64,000 bases of DNA from Candidatus Thermoflexus japonica (lineage in GTDB: Bacteria > Chloroflexota > Anaerolineae > Thermoflexales > Thermoflexaceae): assembly GCA_002898735.1 (NCBI GenBank), contig BEHY01000005.1, positions 4,772 through 68,771 on the forward strand, written 5' to 3'. The notes beneath the pieces are model-generated. The model saw only the letters and a program-made list of their open reading frames with translations. It had not been told where the DNA came from and ran no database searches. Every line of letters begins with the position of its first letter. Position 1 is the first letter of the stretch. Shown piece by piece: positions 10,502-19,974 of this stretch. Position numbers and translations under genes: made by a program.

Positions 10502-12922
10502 ATGCACGCCCGTCAACCTCGTGCGCCTCGATGGCGGTGGGTCGTGATGGGGATCGCCCTGCTGGGCCTGGTGGCGCTCTTCGGCCGGCTGCCGCGGCCG
10601 CTGCCGCTGCCTTCCCCTACCCCAGCGGCGACGTCCACGGCCACCGTGACGCCCTCCCCTGTTCCCTCGCCGACCCCCACGCCCACCCCCGTCCCTTCTC
10701 CCAGCGAATGGCTGATGCGGGCTCGAGCGGCCATGCGGGCTGGGGCATTCGAGGAGGCCGCGGCGGCCTACGCGGCCGCGCTTCAGGGCCCGCTGTCGAT
10801 GGAACAGGCCGGGGAGGCATGGGTGGGCATAGGGCGGGCGTTGCTGGCGGCGGAGCAGCCTGCGGAAGCGGCGCAGAGGCTGAGCCAGGCGCCCCTGGAC
10901 ACCCTGCCACCGGAGTGGGCCCGGCAGGTCTGGGCGCTCCTCGGGGACGCCCGGCGACAGGCGGGGGATCCGGCCGGGGCGGCGGAGGCGTATGCCCGGG
11001 CGCTGGCTTCCGGCTCCCCGCTGACGGTAGAGCTGCGGATGCGACGGGCACGGGCCCTGCAGGAGGCCGGTCGGTGGGAAGCGGCCGCGGCGGAGCTCCG
11101 GGCCGCGCTGCCCGCCGCTCGGGATCGGAGCCAGGAAGCGGCGATCCGGGAACAGCTGGCGGAAACCATGGAAGCCCTTCAGGCCTATCCGGCGGCCCTG
11201 GAACAGTATCAGGCGATCCTCTCCTTCGCCCAGAATCCCGCCTACCGGGCCTATATCGAATGGCGGGCGGCCCAGGCCCTTCTCAACGCCGGGCAAACCT
11301 CAGAAGCCTATGCGCGGCTCCAGCGCCTGATCCGCGAGGCTCCGGATACCGTCGGCGCCTACAACGCCCTGGTCCGCCTGGTGGAAGCCGGGATCCCGGT
11401 CCCCGACGACCTGCGCGGCCAGATCGATTACTTCGCCGGGCAATGCCTCCCGGCGGTTCAGGCCTTCGAGCGCTGGATCGCCGCTCATCCGGAGCACGGC
11501 GATGCCCACTACTACGCGGCGCTATGCTACCGGGCGCTGGGGAACATGACCGCGGCCCACGCGCATCTGGATGCGCTGCTCCGGGACCATCCCGAGGCCT
11601 CCCACTGGGCAGATGGATGGCTGGAGAAAGGACGGCTATGGGTCCAGAGCGGCGCGACCGATGCCGCCGTCGCGCTCTGGCAGCGGTTCCTCGCCCGGTT
11701 TCCGAACCATCCCTTCGCCCCCCGTCTGCTCTGGGAAGCGGGGCGCCTCCTGGAGCGGAACGGCGCGGAGGCGTCCGCGGCGGCGTTCTATCGCCAGCTG
11801 GTGGAGCGCTTTCCCGCCGATGCGCGTGCCCCGGAGGCATGGCACCGACTGGGCGTGCTGGCCTATGCCCGCGGGGATCTGGATTCAGCAGCGGCAGCCT
11901 GGGAGACCCTGCGGGGCCGATATCCCGATTCGCCGTGGGCGCTGACCGCTCAATTCTGGCTGGGGAAGGTGACATGGGCCCGCGGGGATCGCGAGCGTGC
12001 GGCCTCGGAATGGCGGGAGGTCGCCGCCCGGGCCGCCGGGCGTTTTCTCGGGGAACGGGCGCGGATGCTCCTGAACGGCCAGGAGGCTCTGGGAGGGGAT
12101 CTCTCCACGGCCTTTCCGGATCCCGAATCCGGACGGGAGGAAGCGGAGGCCTGGCTGCTGGCCCGTCTGGGGATCACCGATACGGCCGTGTTGCGGAACC
12201 CTCCTTTCTCATCGGATCCGGCCTGGCTGGCGGGTGAAGAGGCGTGGCGGATGGGATGGGTGGAGGAGGCCCGCCAGCTCTGGACGAGAGTGCGCCAGCG
12301 CCTGGATGGGGATCCGCTGGCCCTCTATCAGCTCACGCTGGCCTTCCGGGAGCGCGGGGCGGATGCCCTCTCCCTGCAGGCCGCAGCGCGCATGCTGGCC
12401 CGCCTGGGCATCCGGCCTCAGGAGGCCCCACCGTTCCTTGCCCGCCTGGCCTATCCGACCCCTTACCTCGAGCAGGTGCTGGCCGAAGCGCAGCGTTACA
12501 GCCTGGATCCGCTGCTCCTGTATGCGCTGATGCGTCAGGAGAGCCTGTTCGATCCCTATGCGGTCTCCTCCGCGCAGGCCCGCGGGTTGATGCAGATCAT
12601 CCCGCCGACGGCCCGGGCCATCGCCGGGGCGCTGGATCAACCGTATCGGGAGACATGGCTCTATCGGCCCCAGGTGAATATCGCCTTCGGGGCCTATTAC
12701 CTGGCCCGGCAACGGGATCGCTTCGGAGGGAACCTGTGGGTCGCCCTGGCGGCATATAACGGGGGGCCGGGGAATGCGGCGCAATGGTGGGAGGCGGCCC
12801 GGGGGGATGTGGATCTCTTCTACGAACGGATCACCCTCGAGGAAACCCGACGCTACCTGGAGCGCATCCTGGAACACCTCGCGGTATATCGACGCCTCTA
12901 CGCCTCCCATGGGGAGGGATAG
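10502..12922 (+). CDS. Secreted or anchored TPR-rich soluble lytic transglycosylase (Slt70-like)
   Basis: N-terminal hydrophobic helix, Pro/Thr linker, TPRs, and an SLT domain with RQES, GLMQI, AAYNGG and ETRRY. Confidence 0.88.
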   Translation: MHARQPRAPRWRWVVMGIALLGLVALFGRLPRPLPLPSPTPAATSTATVTPSPVPSPTPTPTPVPSPSEWLMRARAAMRAGAFEEAAAAYAAALQGPLSMEQAGEAWVGIGRALLAAEQPAEAAQRLSQAPLDTLPPEWARQVWALLGDARRQAGDPAGAAEAYARALASGSPLTVELRMRRARALQEAGRWEAAAAELRAALPAARDRSQEAAIREQLAETMEALQAYPAALEQYQAILSFAQNPAYRAYIEWRAAQALLNAGQTSEAYARLQRLIREAPDTVGAYNALVRLVEAGIPVPDDLRGQIDYFAGQCLPAVQAFERWIAAHPEHGDAHYYAALCYRALGNMTAAHAHLDALLRDHPEASHWADGWLEKGRLWVQSGATDAAVALWQRFLARFPNHPFAPRLLWEAGRLLERNGAEASAAAFYRQLVERFPADARAPEAWHRLGVLAYARGDLDSAAAAWETLRGRYPDSPWALTAQFWLGKVTWARGDRERAASEWREVAARAAGRFLGERARMLLNGQEALGGDLSTAFPDPESGREEAEAWLLARLGITDTAVLRNPPFSSDPAWLAGEEAWRMGWVEEARQLWTRVRQRLDGDPLALYQLTLAFRERGADALSLQAAARMLARLGIRPQEAPPFLARLAYPTPYLEQVLAEAQRYSLDPLLLYALMRQESLFDPYAVSSAQARGLMQIIPPTARAIAGALDQPYRETWLYRPQVNIAFGAYYLARQRDRFGGNLWVALAAYNGGPGNAAQWWEAARGDVDLFYERITLEETRRYLERILEHLAVYRRLYASHGEG

Positions 12923-12992
12923 ACGAACGGATCCCCAGTTCCCTGGAGCTCGTCTCTCTTTAACCTTTCCCTCCAGAAAATATGCCCTGGAG

Positions 12993-15629
12993 TCAATCCC
13001 TGACATGGGGGGCCGGGCTGGAGGATAGAGCCATGCGGGCCTTCACGAACGCGATCTCATCCTCCCGCGTCCGCACCTCGCCATCGAGGCGGGCCGCCCG
13101 CAGGGCGCGCAACATCTGCCCGATGGCCGGGCCCGGTGGGATGCCCAGCCGCTGCAGATCGTCCCCCCGCAGGATCGGTCGAACCCCTCGCCAGTGATGG
13201 GCATACTGATAGAGGTTCTCCCGGGCCCGGCCCGCAGGGGCGGCGACCCAGACCACAAAGAGGGCAACTGCCGGGTAAAAGTCCAGATGCTCGGCGACGG
13301 TGCTGGGCTTCAACGGCTCCGACAGCTGATCCAGTTTCCCCCGGATCTCATGGACGCCCCGCAGCATATCCGCATCCCGGGCCGGGAAACGCAGCCGGCG
13401 GAGCGCCTGCTCCAGCTGGGCGGACGTCAATCGGTAAACCATCAACCCCCATCCGGTCAGGATCCGCCAGCGCTCCGGCGTCCCTTCCATCACCTGCCAC
13501 TCTCCCTGCTCCAGCGCGGTCCGCATGATCCGGAAACGCTCCTGGAGCCATGCATCCGCCTGAAGCCCGGGCATCACAAAAGCGAGCGCTCGCCATTCCT
13601 CCAGCCGGGCCAGGATGCGCTCGGGCTCCGCCTCAGCCAGGATCAGCTCCATCTCATGGCGGATCCGCTCCCCGCTCACCCGGGCCAGGAGATCCACCGC
13701 ATGGTGGATGAGCTCCTCCGTCCGGGGCTCCACCCGGAACCCCAGGCGGGCCTCCAGCCGGGCCGCCCGCAGGATCCGGGTGGGGTCTTCCACAAAACTC
13801 AGGGAATGCAGCACCCGGATGAGGCCCCGCTGGAGATCCTGAAGCCCGCCGTAAAAATCCAGGAGCTCCCCGAACCGATCCGGGTTCAGGCAAACCGCCA
13901 GGGTGTTGATGGTGAAGTCCCGCCGGTGCAGATCCTGTTTGATCGAGCTGGGCTCCACCTGGGGCAGGGCCGTGGGATGGGCGTAGAACTCCCGGCGGGC
14001 GGTGACGAAGTCGATCGCCTTCAACCCCTCCACCGGCCCGGCCGGCGTGGCGATCGTTATTCCTTCCAGCAGCCACTTGGCGGTTCCGAAGCGCCGATGG
14101 GCCACCACCCGCCCCCCATAGCGCGCTCGCATCGCATCCGCCAGGGCGATCGCATCTCCTTCCACCACGATATCCACATCGACGATGGGATGATTCAGGA
14201 TGAGATCGCGGACCAGTCCGCCCACGAAATAAGCGATGAAGCCCATAGATTGCGCCGTCGCCCCGATCTCCCGCACGAGGGCCAGCCACGGGGGTGGAAA
14301 CGCGGCCTCCATCGCCGAGGCCACGCTCAGACGGGGGCGAACGCGCAGCCGTTCCCCCCACAGCTTGATCAGATCCGTTCGGGTGACGATGCCCACCACC
14401 TCGCCGTCCTCCACCACCGGGATCTGCCCCCAGCCGGTCTCGATCATCAGGCGCTGCACCTTCTCCACCGGATCGGAGGGGAGGACGAAGATCTCCCCCT
14501 TCTCCATCACGCGCTCCACCGGCTGGCCGCCCAGACCATGCTGAAGCGCCCGGTCAACTGCACGGCGCGTCAACAGCCCGATGACCCGGCCGCCCTGAAC
14601 GACAGGGAAGCCCTCGTGGCCGGTCCGCTGCATCTCCCTCGCCGCCTCACTGATGGAAAGATCGGGGGGAAGGACGCGGACCCCGCGGGACATGATCTCC
14701 GCCACCGTCACGGCAGGCCGGATGTAACGGGGCAGGATCCGCAGCAGCTCCTCCCGGACCTCTTCGAGGGAGCGATCCCGGATCACCGCGGCCGCCGCCC
14801 GGGCATGGCCTCCACCCCCGAAGTGGGCGGCCACGCCACCGGCATCGATGTCATCGGTGGTGGTGCGGCAGACCATCTGAATGTGTCCATCGAACTCCAC
14901 CAGCACGAAGAGCGCGGAGGGCTCGAAGAGATCTCGGAGGCGGTGGGCGACGGTGGAGACCTCTTCCATAAAGCCATCCGCCCGTGCCGCAGCGATCACC
15001 ACCGTGTGCCCTTCGATCTCCCGGGTTTCCGCGGACTCCACCAGACGGTCATACAGGCGGCGCTGGGCCTCGGACATCGGATGATGGAGGAACTCGCCCA
15101 GGACCGTCAGATCCGCCCCGCGTTCGATCAGCCAGGCGGCCGCCCGCAGATCGCGAGGGGTGGTGGAAGGATAGGTCAGGGAGCCGGTGTCTTCGTAAAT
15201 CCCCAGCAGCATCAGGGTGGCCTCCACCCACGTCAGGACGACCCCCCGTTCCGCCAGCCCCTCGACCAGAAGCGTGGTGGTCGCCCCAACCGGATCGCCA
15301 TGGTAAGTCCAGCCAGGGGGCAGATCACGCGTTAGCGGATGATGGTCGATGATCCGCACCCGCGTCTGAGGCCCCATCCCCCGCACCGTCGCCATCGTCT
15401 GAGCATCCACCAGGATGACCTGGTCCACGGGGCGCCGGATCAGCTCATCCGGGAGCATGAAGGGCAGCTGATCCCCATACAGGTTGAGAAAGGCGCGCAC
15501 ATTCCGGTTCACCCGACGGGGGAGCACCGGAATCGCCCCCGGGTAGAGCCGGGCCGCCGCCAGCTGCGCGGCCACGGCGTCGAAATCGGCGTTCTCATGG
15601 GTCAGGATGAGGGTCAGACCCTCCTCCAT
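12993..15629 (-). CDS. cca: DHH-DHHA1-CBS-tRNA nucleotidyltransferase fusion (CCA- or A-adding enzyme)
   Basis: THENADFD, IIDHH, GGGGHARAA, two CBS domains, GGLVRD, DVDIV, DLHRRDFTIN and EDPTRILRA. Confidence 0.88.
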   Translation of the reverse strand: MEEGLTLILTHENADFDAVAAQLAAARLYPGAIPVLPRRVNRNVRAFLNLYGDQLPFMLPDELIRRPVDQVILVDAQTMATVRGMGPQTRVRIIDHHPLTRDLPPGWTYHGDPVGATTTLLVEGLAERGVVLTWVEATLMLLGIYEDTGSLTYPSTTPRDLRAAAWLIERGADLTVLGEFLHHPMSEAQRRLYDRLVESAETREIEGHTVVIAAARADGFMEEVSTVAHRLRDLFEPSALFVLVEFDGHIQMVCRTTTDDIDAGGVAAHFGGGGHARAAAAVIRDRSLEEVREELLRILPRYIRPAVTVAEIMSRGVRVLPPDLSISEAAREMQRTGHEGFPVVQGGRVIGLLTRRAVDRALQHGLGGQPVERVMEKGEIFVLPSDPVEKVQRLMIETGWGQIPVVEDGEVVGIVTRTDLIKLWGERLRVRPRLSVASAMEAAFPPPWLALVREIGATAQSMGFIAYFVGGLVRDLILNHPIVDVDIVVEGDAIALADAMRARYGGRVVAHRRFGTAKWLLEGITIATPAGPVEGLKAIDFVTARREFYAHPTALPQVEPSSIKQDLHRRDFTINTLAVCLNPDRFGELLDFYGGLQDLQRGLIRVLHSLSFVEDPTRILRAARLEARLGFRVEPRTEELIHHAVDLLARVSGERIRHEMELILAEAEPERILARLEEWRALAFVMPGLQADAWLQERFRIMRTALEQGEWQVMEGTPERWRILTGWGLMVYRLTSAQLEQALRRLRFPARDADMLRGVHEIRGKLDQLSEPLKPSTVAEHLDFYPAVALFVVWVAAPAGRARENLYQYAHHWRGVRPILRGDDLQRLGIPPGPAIGQMLRALRAARLDGEVRTREDEIAFVKARMALSSSPAPHVRD

Positions 15630-15690
15630 CCCGCTCTCCCCAACGATCCGCTTCTCGAACATGCTGTGCGGTCGCCGTGTGATGAGCAGG

Positions 15691-16323
15691 TCAATAAACC
15701 CCGGTCCCGAACTGGCGATCGCCCGCATCCCCCAGGCCGGGCACGATGAAGCCATGGGGGTTCAGGTGGCTATCCACCGCCGCCACGTAAACCGGGATCC
15801 CGGGATGGGCCTGGGCGAAGCGATCTAACCCCTCAGGAGCGGCGATCAAACCCACGAAGACAATATGGGGCACCCCCCATCGCTTCAGGATATCTGCCGC
15901 CGCCACCGCGGATCCCCCGGTCGCCAGCATCGGATCCAGGATGAAGCACCAGGCCACGGTGGGCTGGGGTGGCAATCGATTGTAGTAGGCGATCGGCTGC
16001 AGGGTGCGCTCATCCCGATAGATCCCCAGATGCCAGACCTGAGCCTCCGGGAACACCTGCAGGGCTCCCTCCACCATCCCAAGCCCGGCCCGCAGGATGG
16101 GCACCAGGCCGATGGTTCCCCGCAGGCGTTGCCCTCGGGCCTCCCCCATGGGCGTGCTCACGGGGACTTCCTCCACCTCCAGATCCCGGGTGGCCTCATA
16201 TAACAGAAGGGGGGTGATCTCTCGAAGGAGCTCCCGAAACCGCTTGGGGCCTGTTCGCTGGTCCCGCAACTCGGTGAGTTTGTGCTGAACGACAGGATGG
16301 CGCACGATATGAATCTGGCTCAT
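15691..16323 (-). CDS. upp: Uracil phosphoribosyltransferase
   Basis: PILRAGLGM, DPMLATGGS and GFIVPGLGDAGDR. Confidence 0.97.
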   Translation of the reverse strand: MSQIHIVRHPVVQHKLTELRDQRTGPKRFRELLREITPLLLYEATRDLEVEEVPVSTPMGEARGQRLRGTIGLVPILRAGLGMVEGALQVFPEAQVWHLGIYRDERTLQPIAYYNRLPPQPTVAWCFILDPMLATGGSAVAAADILKRWGVPHIVFVGLIAAPEGLDRFAQAHPGIPVYVAAVDSHLNPHGFIVPGLGDAGDRQFGTGVY

Positions 16324-16442
16324 GGCCGAACTCCTGAGGGGAATGGCATGCGGAAGGCAGGGCGGACCACCGCAGGCAGCCTCCCCAGCCCTTGGAATCG
16401 ATACTTCTCCCGCCTCTCCAGAATCCCCCGGCCGCGGGGAAA

Positions 16443-16497
16443 GAAAATTTGTTGGGGGGAGCCGGGTGGGGCGCCGAAGGTGCTCCGCCCAGCCCCC
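16443..16497 (-). terminator. Possible terminator between the M23 gene and upp
   Basis: Imperfect GC-rich hairpin 16454-16497 followed on the minus strand by a U-rich run. Confidence 0.35.
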
Positions 16498-16515
16498 GGG
16501 TCCCCCAGGGGAAGC

Positions 16516-17703
16516 TCACAGATAGGGCATCGGATCCAGAATGTCCCCATATAGGCCGTTCCGCGCCCCCTCTTTCTTCAGCGTCCAGTGAATAAAGCCC
16601 CTGGATCCCGCGCGCCCCAGAGGCTGCCCGGGTTGCACCCGCTCCCCCGCCCGAACTTCCAGGGTGCCTGGCATGAGATGGCCATAAATCGTAACGTAAA
16701 TGCCATCGGGCCTTCGATGCTCGACCCGGACCTGAGTCCCATAGGGATGATCCGGACGCTCGGCAGCCATCACCACGATCCCCTCTGCAGCCGCACAGAC
16801 CGGCTCGCCGGGGGAGGCCTGGAAGTCCACGCCCTCATGGCCGGGCAGCCCCCACGCCGCAAAGAAGTCCGGATCGGCTCCAAAGGCGCGATGGATCACC
16901 GGCGACTTCACCGGGGGTTGCAGCCACCGTCCCGATGGATAGGCCGGCAGCTCCTCCAGAGCCCCCCGCAGGATCTCCAGGCCCTCCCTCGGAACCCAGC
17001 CCGTATGCGCCGCATCGGGAAAGGCGATCTGGATCCACCGCCCTCCCTCCGACTGCCCGAGGGCTTCGCACTCCGCGCCCTCGGGGAGCTGGCCCAGGGC
17101 CGGTGCCCCCGGATCCGGTTCCTGCCGGACCGTCAGCGGAGCGCGGGCGCGAACGCGTGGAGGGTGCGCCAGGAGGACCGGCACGGTCTCCGGGATCCCC
17201 GTGGTCGCCCGGGTATAGGCGGCTGCGATCCAGGCGCGTTCCCGGCGTATGGGATCCAGGATGGCCCACCACGCGCCATCCGCGCTCTGGCCCAGCACCT
17301 CCACTTCAACGCCCGCCTCCAGACGGCCAATGATCGGGGCGGAGAACCCCGGCCCGCTCCGGACGTTCAGGCGATCCGTGGTGACGACCCGGAGCCCGCG
17401 GCCCAGCCGGGCCCCCCGGGCCGTCCGGGCATCCAGGATCCTTTGCAGGCGCTCAGGGGTGGGGGCGAAGAGCACATCCAGATGAATGGAAGGCCGATGC
17501 GCACGAAGCCAGGCTGCGGTGTGACCCGGGCGCCCATCCGGGAGGACCAGGGACACGATCAGCGGGTCACCCGAGAGCGCGAGAGCGATCTCCGGGTTCG
17601 TGGTGGGGATCACCCGGAACCGCTCCACGTAGAAGCGGGATGCTTCCATCCATCGCCAGTCCGCTCCTGCCGGCAGGAGCAACAGGTGCCGAAGCGAGTT
17701 CAT
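16516..17703 (-). CDS. SH3b x2 plus M23 peptidase-like protein with a degenerate active site
   Basis: LNVRSGPG and LTVRQEPD SH3b repeats; HEGVDF and YGHL present, HxH motif reads FIH. Confidence 0.8.
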   Translation of the reverse strand: MNSLRHLLLLPAGADWRWMEASRFYVERFRVIPTTNPEIALALSGDPLIVSLVLPDGRPGHTAAWLRAHRPSIHLDVLFAPTPERLQRILDARTARGARLGRGLRVVTTDRLNVRSGPGFSAPIIGRLEAGVEVEVLGQSADGAWWAILDPIRRERAWIAAAYTRATTGIPETVPVLLAHPPRVRARAPLTVRQEPDPGAPALGQLPEGAECEALGQSEGGRWIQIAFPDAAHTGWVPREGLEILRGALEELPAYPSGRWLQPPVKSPVIHRAFGADPDFFAAWGLPGHEGVDFQASPGEPVCAAAEGIVVMAAERPDHPYGTQVRVEHRRPDGIYVTIYGHLMPGTLEVRAGERVQPGQPLGRAGSRGFIHWTLKKEGARNGLYGDILDPMPYL

Positions 17704-17800
17704 GCGCGCCCTTGCGAAGGGATCCAGACCTGGAATCCCGGTGGACAGGCGGGGCCATCCCCGACGGCCCTGTCCCATCGGATCTTCTTTTTCCAGCCGG

Positions 17801-19321
17801 TTACCCGGATCGCTCTCCCGACCGCCGGGATCCGCCCGGGCTTGCGGCGGTCAGAGGCGGCCGGCGGCGGTGCCATGGCGTGGCCTGCTCATATGCGTAA
17901 GCCACCCGCAGGATCTTCTCCTCGCCCAATGCGGGCCCCAGGATCTGCAGACCGATGGGGAGGCCCTGGCTGTCGAAGCCGCAGGGGATGCTGATGCCGC
18001 AGATCCCGGCCAGATTCGCCGTGATGGTGAAGATATCCGCCAGATACATCTGAAGCGGATCGGATGTGCGCTCCCCAAGCCGGAAAGCGGTCGTCGGCGA
18101 GGTGGGGCAGACGATGACGTCCACCTTTTCGAAAGCCTGCTCGAAATCCCGCCGGATCAGCGTGCGCACCTTCTGGGCTTTCAGATAATATGCGTCATAG
18201 TAGCCAGCGGATAAGGCGTAAGTCCCCAGCATGATCCGCCGCTTGACTTCGGGGCCGAAGCCCCGCCCCCGGGTCAGACGATAGGTATCCCAGATCGTTT
18301 CCCCCTGGATGCGAAGGCCGTATTTGACGCCGTCGTAGCGGGCCAGGTTCGCGGAAGCCTCCGCAGGGGCGATCATGTAATACGTGGGCAGGGCATACGC
18401 TGTATGCGGCAGGGAGACCTCCATGACCTCGGCTCCCAGCTCGGCCAGCACCTCGATCGCTTCTCGAACTGCCCTTTCCACCTCCGGCTGCATCCCGGGG
18501 GTGAAATACTCCGGGGGAACCCCCACCCGCATGCCCTTCAGATCGGGAATCAGCGCCCGGGTGTAATCGGGAACCGGCGCAGACCATGAAGTGGCATCCC
18601 GGGGATCGTGCCCGGCCATCCACTGCAACAGGATCGCTGCATCCCACACGTCTTTGGTGATCGGCCCGATCTGATCCAGAGAGGAACCGTAGGCCACCAG
18701 GCCGTAACGGGAAACCCGGCCATAAGTCGGCTTCAACCCGACCACCCCACATAGCGCGGCCGGCTGGCGGACCGAGCCGCCCGTGTCCGTGCCCAGGGCG
18801 CCCGCACAGAGATCCGCAGCGACCGCCGCCGCGCTGCCTCCGGAGGAGCCCCCCGGCACCCGCTCCAGATCCCATGGGTTGCGGGTTGGACCGAAGGCGG
18901 AGTTCTCCGTGGAAGAACCCATCGCGAACTCATCGGTGTTCGTCTTCCCCAGGAACACCGCGCCGGCCTCCCGCAACCGGGCGACCGCGGTGGCCTCGTA
19001 AGGCGGAACGAAGTTCTCCAGGATGCGGGAACCGCATGTGCATCGCACGCCCTGCACGCAGATCACGTCCTTGATGGCCAGGGGGATCCCGTTCAGCGGG
19101 GGGAGCGGCGTCGCCGGATCCCGCCGCCATGCCGCCCATCGTTCGTCCGCCTCCCGGGCCTGCGCCAGCGCCAGATCCGGGGTCACCGTGAGGTAGGCGT
19201 GCAGGATCGGATCCAGGGCCTCGATGCGCGCCAGATAGGCCTCGGTGACCTCCACGGCCGAGATCTTCCCCTGACGCAGATGCTCCAGCGTCTCATGGAT
19301 CGTCCATTCGTGAGGGGCCAT
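17801..19321 (-). CDS. gatA: Asp-tRNA(Asn)/Glu-tRNA(Gln) amidotransferase subunit A
   Basis: Amidase signature [23 protein letters not shown] and [10 protein letters not shown]. Confidence 0.97.
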   Translation of the reverse strand: MAPHEWTIHETLEHLRQGKISAVEVTEAYLARIEALDPILHAYLTVTPDLALAQAREADERWAAWRRDPATPLPPLNGIPLAIKDVICVQGVRCTCGSRILENFVPPYEATAVARLREAGAVFLGKTNTDEFAMGSSTENSAFGPTRNPWDLERVPGGSSGGSAAAVAADLCAGALGTDTGGSVRQPAALCGVVGLKPTYGRVSRYGLVAYGSSLDQIGPITKDVWDAAILLQWMAGHDPRDATSWSAPVPDYTRALIPDLKGMRVGVPPEYFTPGMQPEVERAVREAIEVLAELGAEVMEVSLPHTAYALPTYYMIAPAEASANLARYDGVKYGLRIQGETIWDTYRLTRGRGFGPEVKRRIMLGTYALSAGYYDAYYLKAQKVRTLIRRDFEQAFEKVDVIVCPTSPTTAFRLGERTSDPLQMYLADIFTITANLAGICGISIPCGFDSQGLPIGLQILGPALGEEKILRVAYAYEQATPWHRRRPPLTAASPGGSRRSGERSG

Positions 19322-19375
19322 TCCCCAAGCCTCCTCTCGGGATCATCGAAAAGCGCTCGTCCCACCATCCCCAGC

Positions 19376-19666
19376 TCATTCTTCCAGAACCGGCTGCACC
19401 TGGAAACAGCCATCGGCCTGAGCGGGGGCATTTTGAAGCAACAATTCCCGCGGCATCGGCTCGCCCGGCTCATCGGGCCGGAACACATTCCGGATCGGCA
19501 GGACCGTTGCGGTGGGAGGGATGTCCGAAGTGTCGACTTCCTGGAGCTTGCGGAAATAGTCCAGGATGGCGGAGAGCTGCTCCGCATACAGGGATTTCTC
19601 TTCATCCGTTAAAGCCAGCTTGGCCAGCTCCGCGATGTGCTCTACTTCCTCACGGGAAAGGGCCAT
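19376..19666 (-). CDS. gatC: Amidotransferase subunit C
   Basis: LSREEVEHIAELAKL...NVFRPDEP; 96 aa; GGAGG RBS; directly upstream of gatA. Confidence 0.95.
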   Translation of the reverse strand: MALSREEVEHIAELAKLALTDEEKSLYAEQLSAILDYFRKLQEVDTSDIPPTATVLPIRNVFRPDEPGEPMPRELLLQNAPAQADGCFQVQPVLEE

Positions 19667-19905
19667 TGCGACCTCCCTGGTCAGGAAGAGCTCCGAACGC
19701 AGGTCCCGCTCAGGAGTCGGGCAGCCAGACCCGGATGGCAAGGCGAGGGTGCCTCCTCTCCCTTCCCTCCCTCCCCGATGGAAGGCTGGGCTATCCCGGC
19801 AACCTCTGGTGGGGTCCGACAGCGCAGCTCCTACCGAATTATATATTTAGCGCGGGTGCTTTCGCCTCCCCCTCAGGGGCCCGCTCGAGCTCCACGCCCG
19901 GATCC

Positions 19906-19947
19906 TAAAACAACGCCGGGGATGTCCCTTTCGGGGCATCCCCGGCG
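19906..19947 (-). terminator. Rho-independent terminator after rpoB
   Basis: Minus strand CGCCGGGGAUG CCCC GAAA GGGA CAUCCCCGGCG followed by UUGUUUU. Confidence 0.8.
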
Positions 19948-19974
19948 CATGCGCTTTTCAGGGCGGCGAGGGGT

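Noticed and set aside
10600-10710. Short tandem-like CCC-rich repeats here, at 30000-30150 and at 55540-55620
   Set aside because: They encode Pro/Thr/Ser linkers of surface proteins and are not CRISPR or DNA-level repeats
15630-15755. Apparent overlap of the upp 3' end with the NTase ORF
   Set aside because: The true NTase start is probably 15629 (or 15662), which removes the overlap
19667-19840. Possible riboswitch or T-box ahead of gatCA
   Set aside because: Only a purine-rich tract and a TATAAT -10 element were seen; no known aptamer motif
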